64,000 nucleotides of DNA from Bacilli bacterium (GTDB taxonomy: Bacteria > Bacillota_I > Bacilli_A > RF39 > UBA660): NCBI GenBank assembly GCA_051872635.1, contig JBJEEA010000005.1:77-64076 (forward strand), written 5' to 3'. Numbering within the stretch: position 1 is the stretch's first letter; each line of letters begins with the position of its first letter. Below the pieces are notes generated by a model. It did not search any database and was not told the origin of the DNA. It saw only the letters and a program-made list of their open reading frames with translations. A program made the translations under genes and the position numbers. Of the stretch, positions 52,901-63,917 are shown piece by piece.

Positions 52901-53382
52901 TGAAACATATAAGTATTAGTATAAATGGAAAAGAAGATTTAAGTGAAAAATATAATAGTAGTGTATTATCAAATGAGATAAATTCATACATCTTAAATGA
53001 ATGCTTACCAGTAAGAAAAAATGAAAAAATTGTAATTGACATATTATCTTCTAATGAATTAGAAGAAGAAGATAAATTAGAGATAGAAAAATTAATAAAA
53101 AACAACTATAAAAATCTTCGTGATGAAAAAAATATAATTAAAGAGTATCAATATAAACAAAGCATTGTAATTACTATTATAGGTATTATCTTTATTGTCA
53201 TGTCAAATATTTTAAAAAATGAAAGTATCTTATCAGAATTATTCTTAATAGCAGGATGGGTATCACTTTGGGAAGTTATTTATAAAGTACTATTTGGCAG
53301 AGTAAAAGATAAAATAGAAATAGAAAGATATAAAAAATTATCCAAATGTAAAATAAATTTTACTATGAAAAAAAAGCCCTAA
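52900..53382 (+). CDS. Hypothetical membrane protein (two C-terminal TMs)
   Basis: Start overlaps the previous stop. 160 aa. No family recognised. Confidence 0.45.
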   Translation: MKHISISINGKEDLSEKYNSSVLSNEINSYILNECLPVRKNEKIVIDILSSNELEEEDKLEIEKLIKNNYKNLRDEKNIIKEYQYKQSIVITIIGIIFIVMSNILKNESILSELFLIAGWVSLWEVIYKVLFGRVKDKIEIERYKKLSKCKINFTMKKKP

Positions 53383-53391
53383 GGCTTTTTT
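53369..53391. terminator. Short bidirectional hairpin between the + operon and the - tRNA cluster
   Basis: AAAAAGCC CTAA GGCTTTTT. Confidence 0.4.
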
Positions 53392-53401
53392 AAATTTTAA
53401 T

Positions 53402-53478
53402 TGGTGACCAGTATGGAATTCGAATCCATGAATGCTGCCGTGAAAGGGCAGTGTGTTAAGCCACTTCACCAACTGGCC
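53402..53478 (-). tRNA. tRNA-Glu (anticodon TTC), CCA encoded
   Basis: Reverse complement GGCCAGTTGGTGAAGTGGCTTAACACACTGCCCTTTCACGGCAGCATTCATGGATTCGAATTCCATACTGGTCACCA. Confidence 0.88.
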
Positions 53479-53482
53479 AAAA

Positions 53483-53559
<77 letters not shown>

Positions 53560-53631
53560 ATTTTTCATTGCTTTTACATTATACCATACAAGAAAAAACT
53601 TGACAAGCATTTTCGCAAAAAAATATAAAAA

Positions 53632-53707
53632 TGGTGTCCCCTTAGGGATTCGAACCCTAGACCCACTGATTAAGAGTCAGTTGCTCTACCAACTGAGCTA
53701 AGGAGAC
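53632..53707 (-). tRNA. tRNA-Lys (anticodon CTT), CCA encoded
   Basis: Reverse complement GTCTCCTTAGCTCAGTTGGTAGAGCAACTGACTCTTAATCAGTGGGTCTAGGGTTCGAATCCCTAAGGGGACACCA. Confidence 0.88.
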
Positions 53708-53827
53708 ATAAGTAAATACAGTTAATATTATATCATATTTTTTTTATTTGTGAACCCCTAAATTAAAAAAACATTGCAAAAAAAATAAAAATATGATATA
53801 TTTGATTTATAATGAAAGGAATAAGAT

Positions 53828-53983
53828 ATGAGTAAGACCGACGATAAAAAAGTGAAAAGTAAAAAAAATACAAATAAAAAAGAAGAAAACAAATTAAATA
53901 TGCCATTTGCATGTATATATTTTGGAATTATACTTTTTTTAGTATTGATATTGGTATTCTTTTTAACAAAACATGCACTTTAA
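53828..53983 (+). CDS. Candidate 51-aa tail-anchored small membrane protein (below the ORF-track length cutoff)
   Basis: ATG 5 nt after AAAGGAATAAG. MSKTDDKKVKSKKNTNKKEENKLNMPFACIYFGIILFLVLILVFFLTKHAL: Lys-rich N-terminus plus one TM. Confidence 0.35.
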   Translation: MSKTDDKKVKSKKNTNKKEENKLNMPFACIYFGIILFLVLILVFFLTKHAL

Positions 53984-54182
53984 TAATCAAAAAATTATAA
54001 TTTTTATATTGAGATAAAAAAATCAATAATATGCTTTTATAAAATTAACAATAACAAGTAAAAACTTAAAAAATATAAACACATAAAAAACAAAAAGGAA
54101 ATAAACTTTTTAAATAGTTCATTTCCTTTTTCTATAATATTTATTTTATTCCAAAGTTTTAAATAAACCTATTAAAGGTTAA

Positions 54183-54211
54183 TTGACTTTTATACCTCAT
54201 TTTGATATAAT
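54183..54211 (+). promoter_or_regulatory. Near-consensus promoter of the giant surface-protein operon
   Basis: TTGACT, 17-nt spacer, TGaTATAAT (extended -10); ~27 nt before the ATG. Confidence 0.6.
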
Positions 54212-54237
54212 CAAAATGATAGGTATCGGTGATAAAA

Positions 54238-57200
54238 ATGAAAAAAATAGGTGGTAAAAGTTTTTGGATAATATTAGTTCTTAGCATTACTTCTTTATTT
54301 TTATTAATAGTTGGAGTTATCTTTTTAACAAAAAAGTCAGAAACTGAATTTTATTCATCTGGTTATATCATAAGTAGTGGTGCTACTAAAACAGATAGAT
54401 ACTACTTTAATGATAATACTACTTATAAAGAAAATGTCTTTGAAGAATATATCTTTAAAGATATGCAAAATAACGAAGTACATATAAGTAAAGATAATTT
54501 TATTCATTACTTAGATAATTCAATGTCATTCATGCAAAATGGAGTAATTTTAGATTTAGATAATTTAGATACATCATTAGTACCATATTATAATATCACT
54601 GATAAATCACTATTAAAATATAATAATGGTAGTTATTATATTGAAAATAGTGATAAAACTTTAATATTTACTAATTTTTTGGGAAGAATTTCTGAAAACA
54701 AATATATCGTTGTAGGAAGTAATATCAAAGTTAAATTAGCAGGAAATGATAATCCTGTAAGTGGCGATTATTTTGAAGTGCTCTTTGTTGAAAATGGAAT
54801 TGTTAAAATTGAAAATCAAGAAGGCAGTTATCAAACAGTAAGTGATGGCACAATAATTTACATTGGCGATAATATTAAAATTGATCTTGGAACGCAAAAA
54901 GTAATATCTAATAATACTGAAAAATTATCATTGCAAGAAATGACTATTAATGGAGACGATAATATTGATATCAAAGATGAAACTGGAAAGATAGACAAAG
55001 ATAATACTAGTGAAACTGGAGAAAGTGCTGAAAAAGATGCGAATATTAGTGATACCGAAAATAACAATACTACCGGAAACGATACTGAAGAAGAAACAAC
55101 TTCCGTTCTAAAAAAAGAAGTGTCAATAAATTTAATAACAGCAGAGGCTAAAATAAATAGCTTATCAGCTAGTTTTCAAATAATAGATACTGCTAATTTT
55201 ATTAAAGGAAACTTAATTTTTAATTTAGTAAATACCACTACTGGAAAGACAGTATATACCAAAACACTAGCCAATGTTCCAGATATTCAAAATGTAAGTG
55301 TAAGCTCTCTTTCTCCAGATTGTAACTATGTAATGACAATTACCGAAGAAAATAATAGCACCAGTACTGAATATTTTAAAAAAGTATTTCAAACAGAGAG
55401 TTTAGACTTAAAATTAATAAGAGATTTAGCCACTACCAATTCATTATCATACACATTAAATTTTGGCGAAAGTAGTGAAGTAAAGTCTGCAAATGTATCA
55501 CTATATGATGAAAATGGTCAAGTAGGAGCAACTCATACCATTATAAATGGTGAAGATAATACTATTAATTTCTCATCCCTTGAAAAAAATAAAAAATACA
55601 ATGTAGTAGTAGATTCGGTTATCTTTAACAATACAAACTATGCTGAAACTTATACAATAAATAGAAGCGATATGACATTAAAAGAAAAACCAATACTAAA
55701 TGAAATATCTGTATCAACAGATACTGAAAATCAAAACTTCACTTTAAAAATGGAATTGCCTGAAGATGTTGACAAAAGTATCACTAGATACACATACGAA
55801 ATATATAAAGCTGAAGATTTAACTGAAGAAAATATAAATAGTGCTAAACCAGTATATACATATAGTCAAAATGATTTAAAAGATGTAACTCTTAGTCTTG
55901 GAATAGATGGCTTAGAAGAGAAAACTGATTATCGTTTTAAAGTAATTGTAGAATACTATGACAATTATAAATACGGAACACTTGAAACAAACTTTAGTGA
56001 CTACTTCCAAGTAGTAGGTAAGCCTACTATAACTTTTGAAGAAGAAACTGTCGACTTTAATCTAATTAAAGGTAAAATTATCTTAAAAGATGAAGGTTGC
56101 TTAGTACCGTTTGAAGGCCGCGAATGTAATGATAATTCAAATGATATTATCGTTCGCTATCGTAGTGCCCTTGAAACCTCTACTAAGGCAATAAAATCTG
56201 CATTCATTCAGAATAGTAAAAATAAAAATGAGTATTATATGTCTTTAGAATTAAATAATTTAATAGAAAATACTAATTATATATTTGAAGTATACTCTGA
56301 TATTGATTTAAAAAATGGATCTGGTCTTAAAGAGTCACAATATATCGGTGGCTTTACCGTAAAAACTAAAGGAATAGAATCATTAAAGATGCAAAATTGG
56401 CATCAAAATACATCTACCTATAATACTCCTATTTCTGTGAATACTGAACTAGTTTCTACTGTTCCAGAAAGCAATTATGGTGATAAGCTTGCTAGTTTAA
56501 CTTTTAAATTATATCGAGGAGATATAACAAATGGTATTAAAGCAGAACCAATAATAGTCTTTAAAGATACCGAAGACATAAAAGGAAAATATTACAATAA
56601 AGAATTTTCTGTGACTTCAAATATGCTTGGCATAAATAACTTAGATGAATTAAGGGAATTATCAGGTGGAAAATTAAGTAGGTACTATACCATTGAAGTA
56701 ACTGATGCATATGATGCTTCAGAAACTAATAAATTTAATATTATAGATAACTTATTCGTCTTTGAGACACCTGCAATTTTACTTCTTGAAGATGAAGTGG
56801 AATCTCCAAGTATTATTGTCGAAGAACTTACTAATATTCAGATGAAATCAGGAGAATATACGAAAAAATATGACCCAAATCTAAGTGATTCCATTATTGT
56901 TGGCTATCAAGTAATAGCTTCATTTAATAAAGAAAAAATTGAAACATATTTTCAAGGAGAAAATCCTATAAAAACAATTAACTTTCATATAAGTAAAGAT
57001 GGAAAAGAAGTAGCATTAAGTGAAGGTGCTAAAACTATTAATTTAGCAAATGATAACACTTATACTAAGTACTTTTTCTTAGATTATGGAAGCGATTATA
57101 ATACGGAAGATGACACCCTTAGAAGAGGCAATACCTATGTATTTAGCTATGACATAAGTATTGATACTAATAATGATGGTAAATCTGATACTGTTTTTCC

Positions 57201-59805
57201 ATCAAATAGACCAGTTAGTGGTAAAATGACCTCTATTAAACAAGATCCAACATTTAAAATGTATATTGATAATAGTACTGCATCTTCGGTTACATATAAA
57301 TATCAAATTACTGATTACGATAATGCCCTTTACAAGAGCAATGAAGAAGATAACTACTACATATACTATACTATAGATGGAGATGATAATGAGTATCAAA
57401 GTATTATAACTAAAAGAGAAGACTATAATATTGTTGAAATATCAAATTTAGTACCTTCAGCGTTATACAGTCTTAATTACTATCGTGCTAGTAGTAAAAG
57501 AGAAAGTGATATAAGTAAAGTAAATATTGGAAAATATCTATTTGATGGCATTCATGAGTCTCCGTTATTAGAATACAAATTAGATTATGGAAATTTTGAC
57601 AATCGCTTAAAAGTAATTATTGAAGACAACGACTTTTTAAATCGTGTGTCAGCTTACAGACTTGTTTTAAGTTCAGATGATACAAATGACAAAGACTATG
57701 AGCTAATACTTTCCAGTATTAATGAGTCTTCTGAATGTGATGATAAAAAATGTATTATTATTGATTACAGTAATATCCAACAGTTTAAAGGAAATAATGT
57801 TAAAGTTAGTTTAGAAGCTTTTTACGATACAGGACTTATTGGCTTTAGTCAAGAATCAAAATTAGGAAATTATTTTAAAAGTTTAGGGTATGTAGATGAT
57901 AAGAATTTATCAAAAGTAGGTTATGTCCTTCAAAATACAAGTACTACTGAAATAGGAAAATATGTTTACTTAAATAGTAATGGAGGTCTTGAAACTTCTA
58001 ATACCCCTAAAGGTATTTTAGGATATAGTTTAACTCCTGGTGAAGGAACTAATCTTTGGAAACTTAAAGTTGTAAATTTAGTTAATATAAATGAAAATAA
58101 ATTTGTATCTTTTGATACAATAGCTAAAGAAATAAGTGTATATCCTGTTACCAAAGGTATTTTTGAAACATCAACATCTACTACAAGAAACACATTCAAT
58201 CCAAAAGTATTAGATAAAGTAAATCTTAATGCAGGTGATAATAATTTTAAATTTACTAGTATTACTCCAAAAGTTAAATCAGAAGTAACACCATTAATAA
58301 ATGGTGGAGTAGTAGACATAGACTTATCGATAGATTCAAGTACATTAGAATCAGATTTTGTTAAAACCGATGATGATAAATATAAATTTTATATTGACAT
58401 TTATACAAAAAATGAGTGCTCTATAAAAGATCAAAATTGTAGTAGTGAGCTTGTATATCTAAAAAGTATTGAAACAGATTATGATAATTTAACAGGAATT
58501 ACTTTTGAAGGTCTAGATCCAGATACAACTTATTACTATAAAATATCAGCAGATATGAATAAAAATGGTACTTCAGTAAAAACACCTCTATTTGACTATA
58601 ATCGTTCTGGATATATTGAATATCAAAATAGTTTTAAAACATTAGGTAAGGATGAAATATTTACAAGAGTAACTTATAATTATGATTCTAAAATAACAGA
58701 GGAAACTTATAGTAAGAGAACTTTAAATATTATTAGTTACTTAAATACTAATAAAAATTTTAATATCAAATATGAACTATATGATAATTTAGGTAATTTA
58801 GAATATGAAAGCACTATAAATAATAATGATATAACTACAAGCGGTAGTAAATATCTTGCTAAATATAGTGAAGATATAACTGGAAATACCTTTGTTTTTG
58901 GTGAAAACTATCATACATTAAAAATATATGCTGTAACTACTGACCTAGGTAAAGAGTTAGAATTATATAATAAAGTTCTTACAAATGGTGGTCTAGGAGA
59001 ACAGCAAGATATAGGTGAACTTATCAATCCTTCATTTAATATTAGCCAAACATCAATTATAAATAACGATGAAGGAAGTAACAATTATGGTATAAAATAT
59101 GAAATTAATGTTAAGGATGAAGATAAGGTTATAAATAATGGAATATATAATATTGAACTTCAAAATGCCAGCTATGAAAACGCATGTACTGGTCATGAGG
59201 AAGATTGTAAAGCTACAGTAGATATAAAAAATAGTACTTGTACTATAAATGGAAGTAGTAAAAATTGTACTATTGTAAGTCAAGATCAAAATGGTAACCA
59301 AGTTCTTAATATAACATTTAATGATTTAAAGCCAAATACTAACTATATAATATACGTTTATGCAAATACTTATCGCAATAATCTTTCCCTTGATGAAAAA
59401 GAAGGATTAGTATATGTAAGAAAAAGTCAGTATACTAAAAGCGAGCTAGGTTTTTCACTTGGAGCGGTAACCCCTACAGCAGTATCCAAAAACAAATTAG
59501 TTATTACTTTTACTGGTGCATCTAATCTCGAAAACAAATTAAAGAAAATTGATTATAATATTACTGTTATAGGAGCAGAAAAAATAGCAGAAGGCACTCT
59601 AGAAATTGGAAAAAATATCAATTTCGGTAGAGATAAAGATAACTATCCAACTCTCGAAATACCAATAGCAAATGGAAATGAGTTAGGATTAAATAACTAT
59701 ATTATACTTACTTATTACTATGAGACAGATGATGGAAGCATTGAAGTACTAATGTTTGGGGAAGATACCAACATGCAATATCCAGTTAAAAGCGAAAATA
59801 AATAA
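54238..59805 (+). CDS. Giant (~1855 aa) N-terminally anchored surface protein with many FN3/Ig-like repeats
   Basis: RBS GGTGA. TM FWIILVLSITSLFLLIVGVIFL. Recurrent FN3-style strand-end motifs (TDYRFKVIVEYY, NTNYIFEVYSD, DTTYYYKISAD, NTNYIIYVYAN). No LPXTG. Confidence 0.75.
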   Translation: MKKIGGKSFWIILVLSITSLFLLIVGVIFLTKKSETEFYSSGYIISSGATKTDRYYFNDNTTYKENVFEEYIFKDMQNNEVHISKDNFIHYLDNSMSFMQNGVILDLDNLDTSLVPYYNITDKSLLKYNNGSYYIENSDKTLIFTNFLGRISENKYIVVGSNIKVKLAGNDNPVSGDYFEVLFVENGIVKIENQEGSYQTVSDGTIIYIGDNIKIDLGTQKVISNNTEKLSLQEMTINGDDNIDIKDETGKIDKDNTSETGESAEKDANISDTENNNTTGNDTEEETTSVLKKEVSINLITAEAKINSLSASFQIIDTANFIKGNLIFNLVNTTTGKTVYTKTLANVPDIQNVSVSSLSPDCNYVMTITEENNSTSTEYFKKVFQTESLDLKLIRDLATTNSLSYTLNFGESSEVKSANVSLYDENGQVGATHTIINGEDNTINFSSLEKNKKYNVVVDSVIFNNTNYAETYTINRSDMTLKEKPILNEISVSTDTENQNFTLKMELPEDVDKSITRYTYEIYKAEDLTEENINSAKPVYTYSQNDLKDVTLSLGIDGLEEKTDYRFKVIVEYYDNYKYGTLETNFSDYFQVVGKPTITFEEETVDFNLIKGKIILKDEGCLVPFEGRECNDNSNDIIVRYRSALETSTKAIKSAFIQNSKNKNEYYMSLELNNLIENTNYIFEVYSDIDLKNGSGLKESQYIGGFTVKTKGIESLKMQNWHQNTSTYNTPISVNTELVSTVPESNYGDKLASLTFKLYRGDITNGIKAEPIIVFKDTEDIKGKYYNKEFSVTSNMLGINNLDELRELSGGKLSRYYTIEVTDAYDASETNKFNIIDNLFVFETPAILLLEDEVESPSIIVEELTNIQMKSGEYTKKYDPNLSDSIIVGYQVIASFNKEKIETYFQGENPIKTINFHISKDGKEVALSEGAKTINLANDNTYTKYFFLDYGSDYNTEDDTLRRGNTYVFSYDISIDTNNDGKSDTVFPSNRPVSGKMTSIKQDPTFKMYIDNSTASSVTYKYQITDYDNALYKSNEEDNYYIYYTIDGDDNEYQSIITKREDYNIVEISNLVPSALYSLNYYRASSKRESDISKVNIGKYLFDGIHESPLLEYKLDYGNFDNRLKVIIEDNDFLNRVSAYRLVLSSDDTNDKDYELILSSINESSECDDKKCIIIDYSNIQQFKGNNVKVSLEAFYDTGLIGFSQESKLGNYFKSLGYVDDKNLSKVGYVLQNTSTTEIGKYVYLNSNGGLETSNTPKGILGYSLTPGEGTNLWKLKVVNLVNINENKFVSFDTIAKEISVYPVTKGIFETSTSTTRNTFNPKVLDKVNLNAGDNNFKFTSITPKVKSEVTPLINGGVVDIDLSIDSSTLESDFVKTDDDKYKFYIDIYTKNECSIKDQNCSSELVYLKSIETDYDNLTGITFEGLDPDTTYYYKISADMNKNGTSVKTPLFDYNRSGYIEYQNSFKTLGKDEIFTRVTYNYDSKITEETYSKRTLNIISYLNTNKNFNIKYELYDNLGNLEYESTINNNDITTSGSKYLAKYSEDITGNTFVFGENYHTLKIYAVTTDLGKELELYNKVLTNGGLGEQQDIGELINPSFNISQTSIINNDEGSNNYGIKYEINVKDEDKVINNGIYNIELQNASYENACTGHEEDCKATVDIKNSTCTINGSSKNCTIVSQDQNGNQVLNITFNDLKPNTNYIIYVYANTYRNNLSLDEKEGLVYVRKSQYTKSELGFSLGAVTPTAVSKNKLVITFTGASNLENKLKKIDYNITVIGAEKIAEGTLEIGKNINFGRDKDNYPTLEIPIANGNELGLNNYIILTYYYETDDGSIEVLMFGEDTNMQYPVKSENK

Positions 59806-59823
59806 AGAAAGGTAGCAAAACAT

Positions 59824-61203
59824 ATGAGAAAATATGATATAAAAAATAAGAGAAATATTGGAATAATTATTGGAATATCAATTATAATTATTATCATGTT
59901 TTCTCTATGTATAAAATTATTTTTATCGAGTGATAAAAAAGAGTATCTCATTTCTGAAGGAACCCTTGTTTTTGATAAAGATAAAAGCATTATCAAGGTA
60001 GAAAATGACTCTATAATAAAAACTAAATGGAATAACGATTACTACTTAATTTATGGTAATTCTTCATCTGATTTAGGAAAGACCGCTATTACGTATAACG
60101 AGTCATCAGGAGAAATTCATCTTTACGGAAAGTATTACGAAATAAATAGTGGTGATGAGATCAATATAACTTCTGATGAAACAATAATAAAAAGTTCTGC
60201 TTTAACCAAATTTTATAAATTAGCGGACCGCAAATATCTAGTTATTGACAAAAACATCAAATCTGCCGATGGTCTTCTATCAACTAGTGATTTTCTATTA
60301 GTAGATATCGATAAAGTAGGAAATGCTACCCTTACTAATCATAAAATTAGTTTAAAAGTATTTTCAGCATCTACTATTGTAACTTCTAATTATACTTTTG
60401 ATATAGCTAATGAAATATTAACTTATGGAAGTGATAAGATAGATTTAAAGAAAATAATAGGGTCTTCTAATACTTATACTAAAGAAGATTTAGTTCCTGA
60501 AGAAAATATTCAAAACAACAGTGGAGTAAACAATTCTGATATAACCACTATTCACGATAATAATAACAATGAAAATAATAATGGAAGTAGTGGAACTAAA
60601 AATAATAACATTCAGTTGGAAGAAATAAAGAAAGAAACCAAAAGAACATCTGTAATAGCAGTTACAACTAAAGTAAATAAAATTGTTGTCGATTATGTAA
60701 TTTATGATCCTAAAAAAGAATATTCTTCAGTTTATATGGAAGTAAAAGATAGTAGTTCTAATAAAGTAAGTACATATTATTTGAGTAGTTCATCTACAAC
60801 ATATGAATTAAATGAAAATATTTTCCCTAAAACATCTTATGAATTAACATTTAAATATTCGTATTTAGATGAAAGCAATACATTAAAAGTTGAGACATTT
60901 GATAAAATAACAGTTACTACAAAAGAACCAATAATATCATTAAAAATAACAAGGATAGATAAAGATATAATTAATTATCTTATTACCAATGATAACAGTT
61001 TTCCTCTTTCTAATGGTATTTTAGTAACATATCTGAATGGTAATGAATATCAAAGAGAAAAAATAAATTTAGATGAAAAAGTAGGATCAGTATCTATATC
61101 TAATTTAAACAATAATGACATTGTTGAACTTAAATTAGTAAATTTAGAAAAAGATAATAGGATAGTAAATGGACTTACTGTCAGCGATAAGTTTAAGTAT
61201 TAA
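59824..61203 (+). CDS. N-terminally anchored 459-aa protein with FN3-like C-terminal repeats
   Basis: TM IGIIIGISIIIIIMFSLCI, Asn-rich linker, then KTSYELTFKYSY-type motifs. 18 nt after the giant gene. Confidence 0.6.
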   Translation: MRKYDIKNKRNIGIIIGISIIIIIMFSLCIKLFLSSDKKEYLISEGTLVFDKDKSIIKVENDSIIKTKWNNDYYLIYGNSSSDLGKTAITYNESSGEIHLYGKYYEINSGDEINITSDETIIKSSALTKFYKLADRKYLVIDKNIKSADGLLSTSDFLLVDIDKVGNATLTNHKISLKVFSASTIVTSNYTFDIANEILTYGSDKIDLKKIIGSSNTYTKEDLVPEENIQNNSGVNNSDITTIHDNNNNENNNGSSGTKNNNIQLEEIKKETKRTSVIAVTTKVNKIVVDYVIYDPKKEYSSVYMEVKDSSSNKVSTYYLSSSSTTYELNENIFPKTSYELTFKYSYLDESNTLKVETFDKITVTTKEPIISLKITRIDKDIINYLITNDNSFPLSNGILVTYLNGNEYQREKINLDEKVGSVSISNLNNNDIVELKLVNLEKDNRIVNGLTVSDKFKY

Positions 61204-61213
61204 GGAGGTACCA

Positions 61214-61936
61214 ATGAAAGAATTTTTAAAGAAAAAATATAATATACTAATACCAATATTTTTACTTATTGTAATTCTAATAGCAGTCCTTCTTTATACT
61301 CATGAATATAAAACTAATCGTTATGTTAATCTTAAAGAAGTAGAAGTATATCAATATTTTGCTTCTTCTAAAATAGAATATACCGCTATTATTGGAAGAA
61401 ATAAAAAAAATGTTATTCTAAGTTATAGTAACAAAGACTTTGATGTTAGCTTAGATAGTACACCAGTTTATATAAAAGATAAAAATGCAATCATTTTGTC
61501 TAAAGAAATGATGATAGTCTTTCCTCTAGAAGATAAAATATATAAATTGGGGGCCTTGTCAGAAATATATGAGGAAAATAATCTATACTATTTAAATATT
61601 AAAAATTTAAATAAGCCATATGATCATGCTTTTCTATATGATGGCAAAAATACTTATCTTTTTATTGATGAAGTTAATGTAACAGTAGACGATTTAAATA
61701 TTACCTTGAGTCCAATGTCATATTTAACTTGTTCTCATCTTAATTTACTTGAATACTATAATAAAGAAAATGATACTTATAATCAAGTTGAAATAAAACA
61801 AGGAAGTGTAATAGTATCAAATGATTATATGAAAGTAGATGTTTCACTAGATAAAGTATTATATGAAAAATCATTTACACTTCTTCCAAATGATTTTAGT
61901 GTTCTAAGCAAAATTTCAGATATTGAAAAAGAGTAG
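61214..61936 (+). CDS. N-terminally anchored 240-aa protein, third gene of the operon
   Basis: RBS AAGGAGG. TM ILIPIFLLIVILIAVLLY. Confidence 0.55.
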   Translation: MKEFLKKKYNILIPIFLLIVILIAVLLYTHEYKTNRYVNLKEVEVYQYFASSKIEYTAIIGRNKKNVILSYSNKDFDVSLDSTPVYIKDKNAIILSKEMMIVFPLEDKIYKLGALSEIYEENNLYYLNIKNLNKPYDHAFLYDGKNTYLFIDEVNVTVDDLNITLSPMSYLTCSHLNLLEYYNKENDTYNQVEIKQGSVIVSNDYMKVDVSLDKVLYEKSFTLLPNDFSVLSKISDIEKE

Positions 61937-61964
61937 AACATATACTTAAATGGGTGACCATATT

Positions 61965-62627
61965 ATGATAAACAAAATATCAAAAATAATTAAAGTGATA
62001 GTAATGCTTTTAATACCATTAAATTTAATAATGGGGAAATCATTTATCACTTTTATTTTATTATTAGTTTTAATTTTATTATTAATAACTGATTATTTAA
62101 AAAATAAGCTTGGCTTTTCAGATTTAACATACATGCTTATTTATATATTTGTTATAAGTTCAGAAATTTTGGGTGAAGTTTTTTCATTTTATAATAAAAT
62201 TTCTTACTTTGATATTATTATGCATACATTAAGTGGCTTTGTTGCCGCTACAATATCTGTTTATCTTTTAAAAAAGCTAAATAAAAGTTCATCTAGAAAT
62301 TTAATTCTTATCTTCTCATTTTTATTTGCTATGACTTCCGCAGCAATATGGGAAATTACGGAGTTTACTATTGATCGCGTTTTTCACCAAGATATGCAAA
62401 AAGATACTATTATTCAAAGTATTACCTCTAATATATTTTCTCCAAATAATGATGAACCAATAACAAAAAATATCGAACATGCCACTATTAATAATATAGA
62501 CTTGACGAAAATGTATGGCGGTTATATTGATATTGGTCTATATGATACAATCGAAGATATTATAGCAGCTTCTTTTGGATCAATAGTATTTATTTTTATA
62601 ACGTTAAAAAGAAAGACTATCATTTAA
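61965..62627 (+). CDS. Polytopic membrane protein, possibly YjdF/DUF2238-like
   Basis: RBS GGGTGA. ~6 TMs. HTLSGFVAA...AAIWEITEFTIDRVF...DTIEDIIAASFG. Family assignment tentative. Confidence 0.45.
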   Translation: MINKISKIIKVIVMLLIPLNLIMGKSFITFILLLVLILLLITDYLKNKLGFSDLTYMLIYIFVISSEILGEVFSFYNKISYFDIIMHTLSGFVAATISVYLLKKLNKSSSRNLILIFSFLFAMTSAAIWEITEFTIDRVFHQDMQKDTIIQSITSNIFSPNNDEPITKNIEHATINNIDLTKMYGGYIDIGLYDTIEDIIAASFGSIVFIFITLKRKTII

Positions 62628-62656
62628 AAAAAACTGATATTTATATCTCAGTCTTT

Positions 62657-63616
62657 TTAACGGGCTTCACTATAAACATTTTTATCAAAGCTATGAGTAC
62701 CATCATTGATTTTTTCAAGTTTATCAGTTGTTATTAAAAAATACGTATCTCTATTTACATTAGTGTCACTTATTGGGTCATCCCAAGTAAGGTCTAAGTG
62801 ATACCAATTACCATCTAGATAAACAAGATTCCAAATATGTTCATCATTACTTATCTTATAATTAATAACATTTAATCTATTTAAGAATATTGCCATTGCA
62901 TCAGCATATCCATTACATGTACCATATCCTTGTATTAAAACACCATATGCTGTATTAGATTTATATGTTGTATCATTTTTATTTTCATATTTTAACTTGT
63001 CATATTCAGCATTGTCAATAATATAATCATGTATAACTTTAATTTTTTCTTTAGTGGGCATATTATTTGTAATTTTTTCATTTATAATTTTATCTACAAC
63101 AGTATTTATTTTTTCTATTTCGTCATCAGAATAAGCTTTGTTTATAGTAATACCAATTTTATAATCTCCACCATAATTAAGTTTTATATTATTAGAACTA
63201 TTAAAAGGATGGACAAAATTATTAAGAGTAGAAATAATTCCTTTAAATCCTTCACCATTGTTTAAATTAAGATTGTTTAAATCACTTTGGTAAGATAAAT
63301 ACGATTTATCGATATACCTTTCTGTATAGTTATTTCCACTATTAATGGCATAATATATAAAGTTTATAAGATCATTTTTATTTTTAATTCCCATCTTGGT
63401 ATAATTATCAACATATTCAAAATTATCTTCTAAATAATAATCATTAACTTCTTGATTAGAATATTTTTTATTAATACTATATTTATAATAGCCGTGGATA
63501 ATGTCATCTTTTTTTATCGCACAAATGATAACTATGACAACCGCAAGTATACCAGTTACTAAGATTAAAATACTACTTTTACTTTTCTTTATCACACTTA
63601 CCACCTCTAAAATCAT
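62657..63616 (-). CDS. Membrane-anchored transglutaminase-like cysteine protease-fold protein
   Basis: GYGTCNGYADAMAIFLN (Cys), HIWNLVYLDGNWYHLDLTWDD (His/Asp). N-terminal TM. True start may be the GTG at 63595 after GAGGTGG. Confidence 0.75.
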   Translation of the reverse strand: MILEVVSVIKKSKSSILILVTGILAVVIVIICAIKKDDIIHGYYKYSINKKYSNQEVNDYYLEDNFEYVDNYTKMGIKNKNDLINFIYYAINSGNNYTERYIDKSYLSYQSDLNNLNLNNGEGFKGIISTLNNFVHPFNSSNNIKLNYGGDYKIGITINKAYSDDEIEKINTVVDKIINEKITNNMPTKEKIKVIHDYIIDNAEYDKLKYENKNDTTYKSNTAYGVLIQGYGTCNGYADAMAIFLNRLNVINYKISNDEHIWNLVYLDGNWYHLDLTWDDPISDTNVNRDTYFLITTDKLEKINDGTHSFDKNVYSEAR

Positions 63617-63917
63617 TATATCATTTAAGTATAAGCTCGTAAAGTGAAAATATTAACTTTTAATAAAAAATAGATGTTTATAAAAGTAAAATAAGTATTA
63701 AAAAATGTAAAGTGTAAAGTAATAATTAGACCATAATATTTTTAAATTATTACGAATAAAAAAAGAATAAGAAAAAACAATTAATTCCATATTTATATAT
63801 ATTATATTTAATAAAGAAAAATAAGCTTAGTTAATTTTATAATAATAAAAATGTACTTAAAATAATTTACTTCCTTTCAATAATTTGATATAATTATAAA
63901 GGAATATTGGAGGATTT

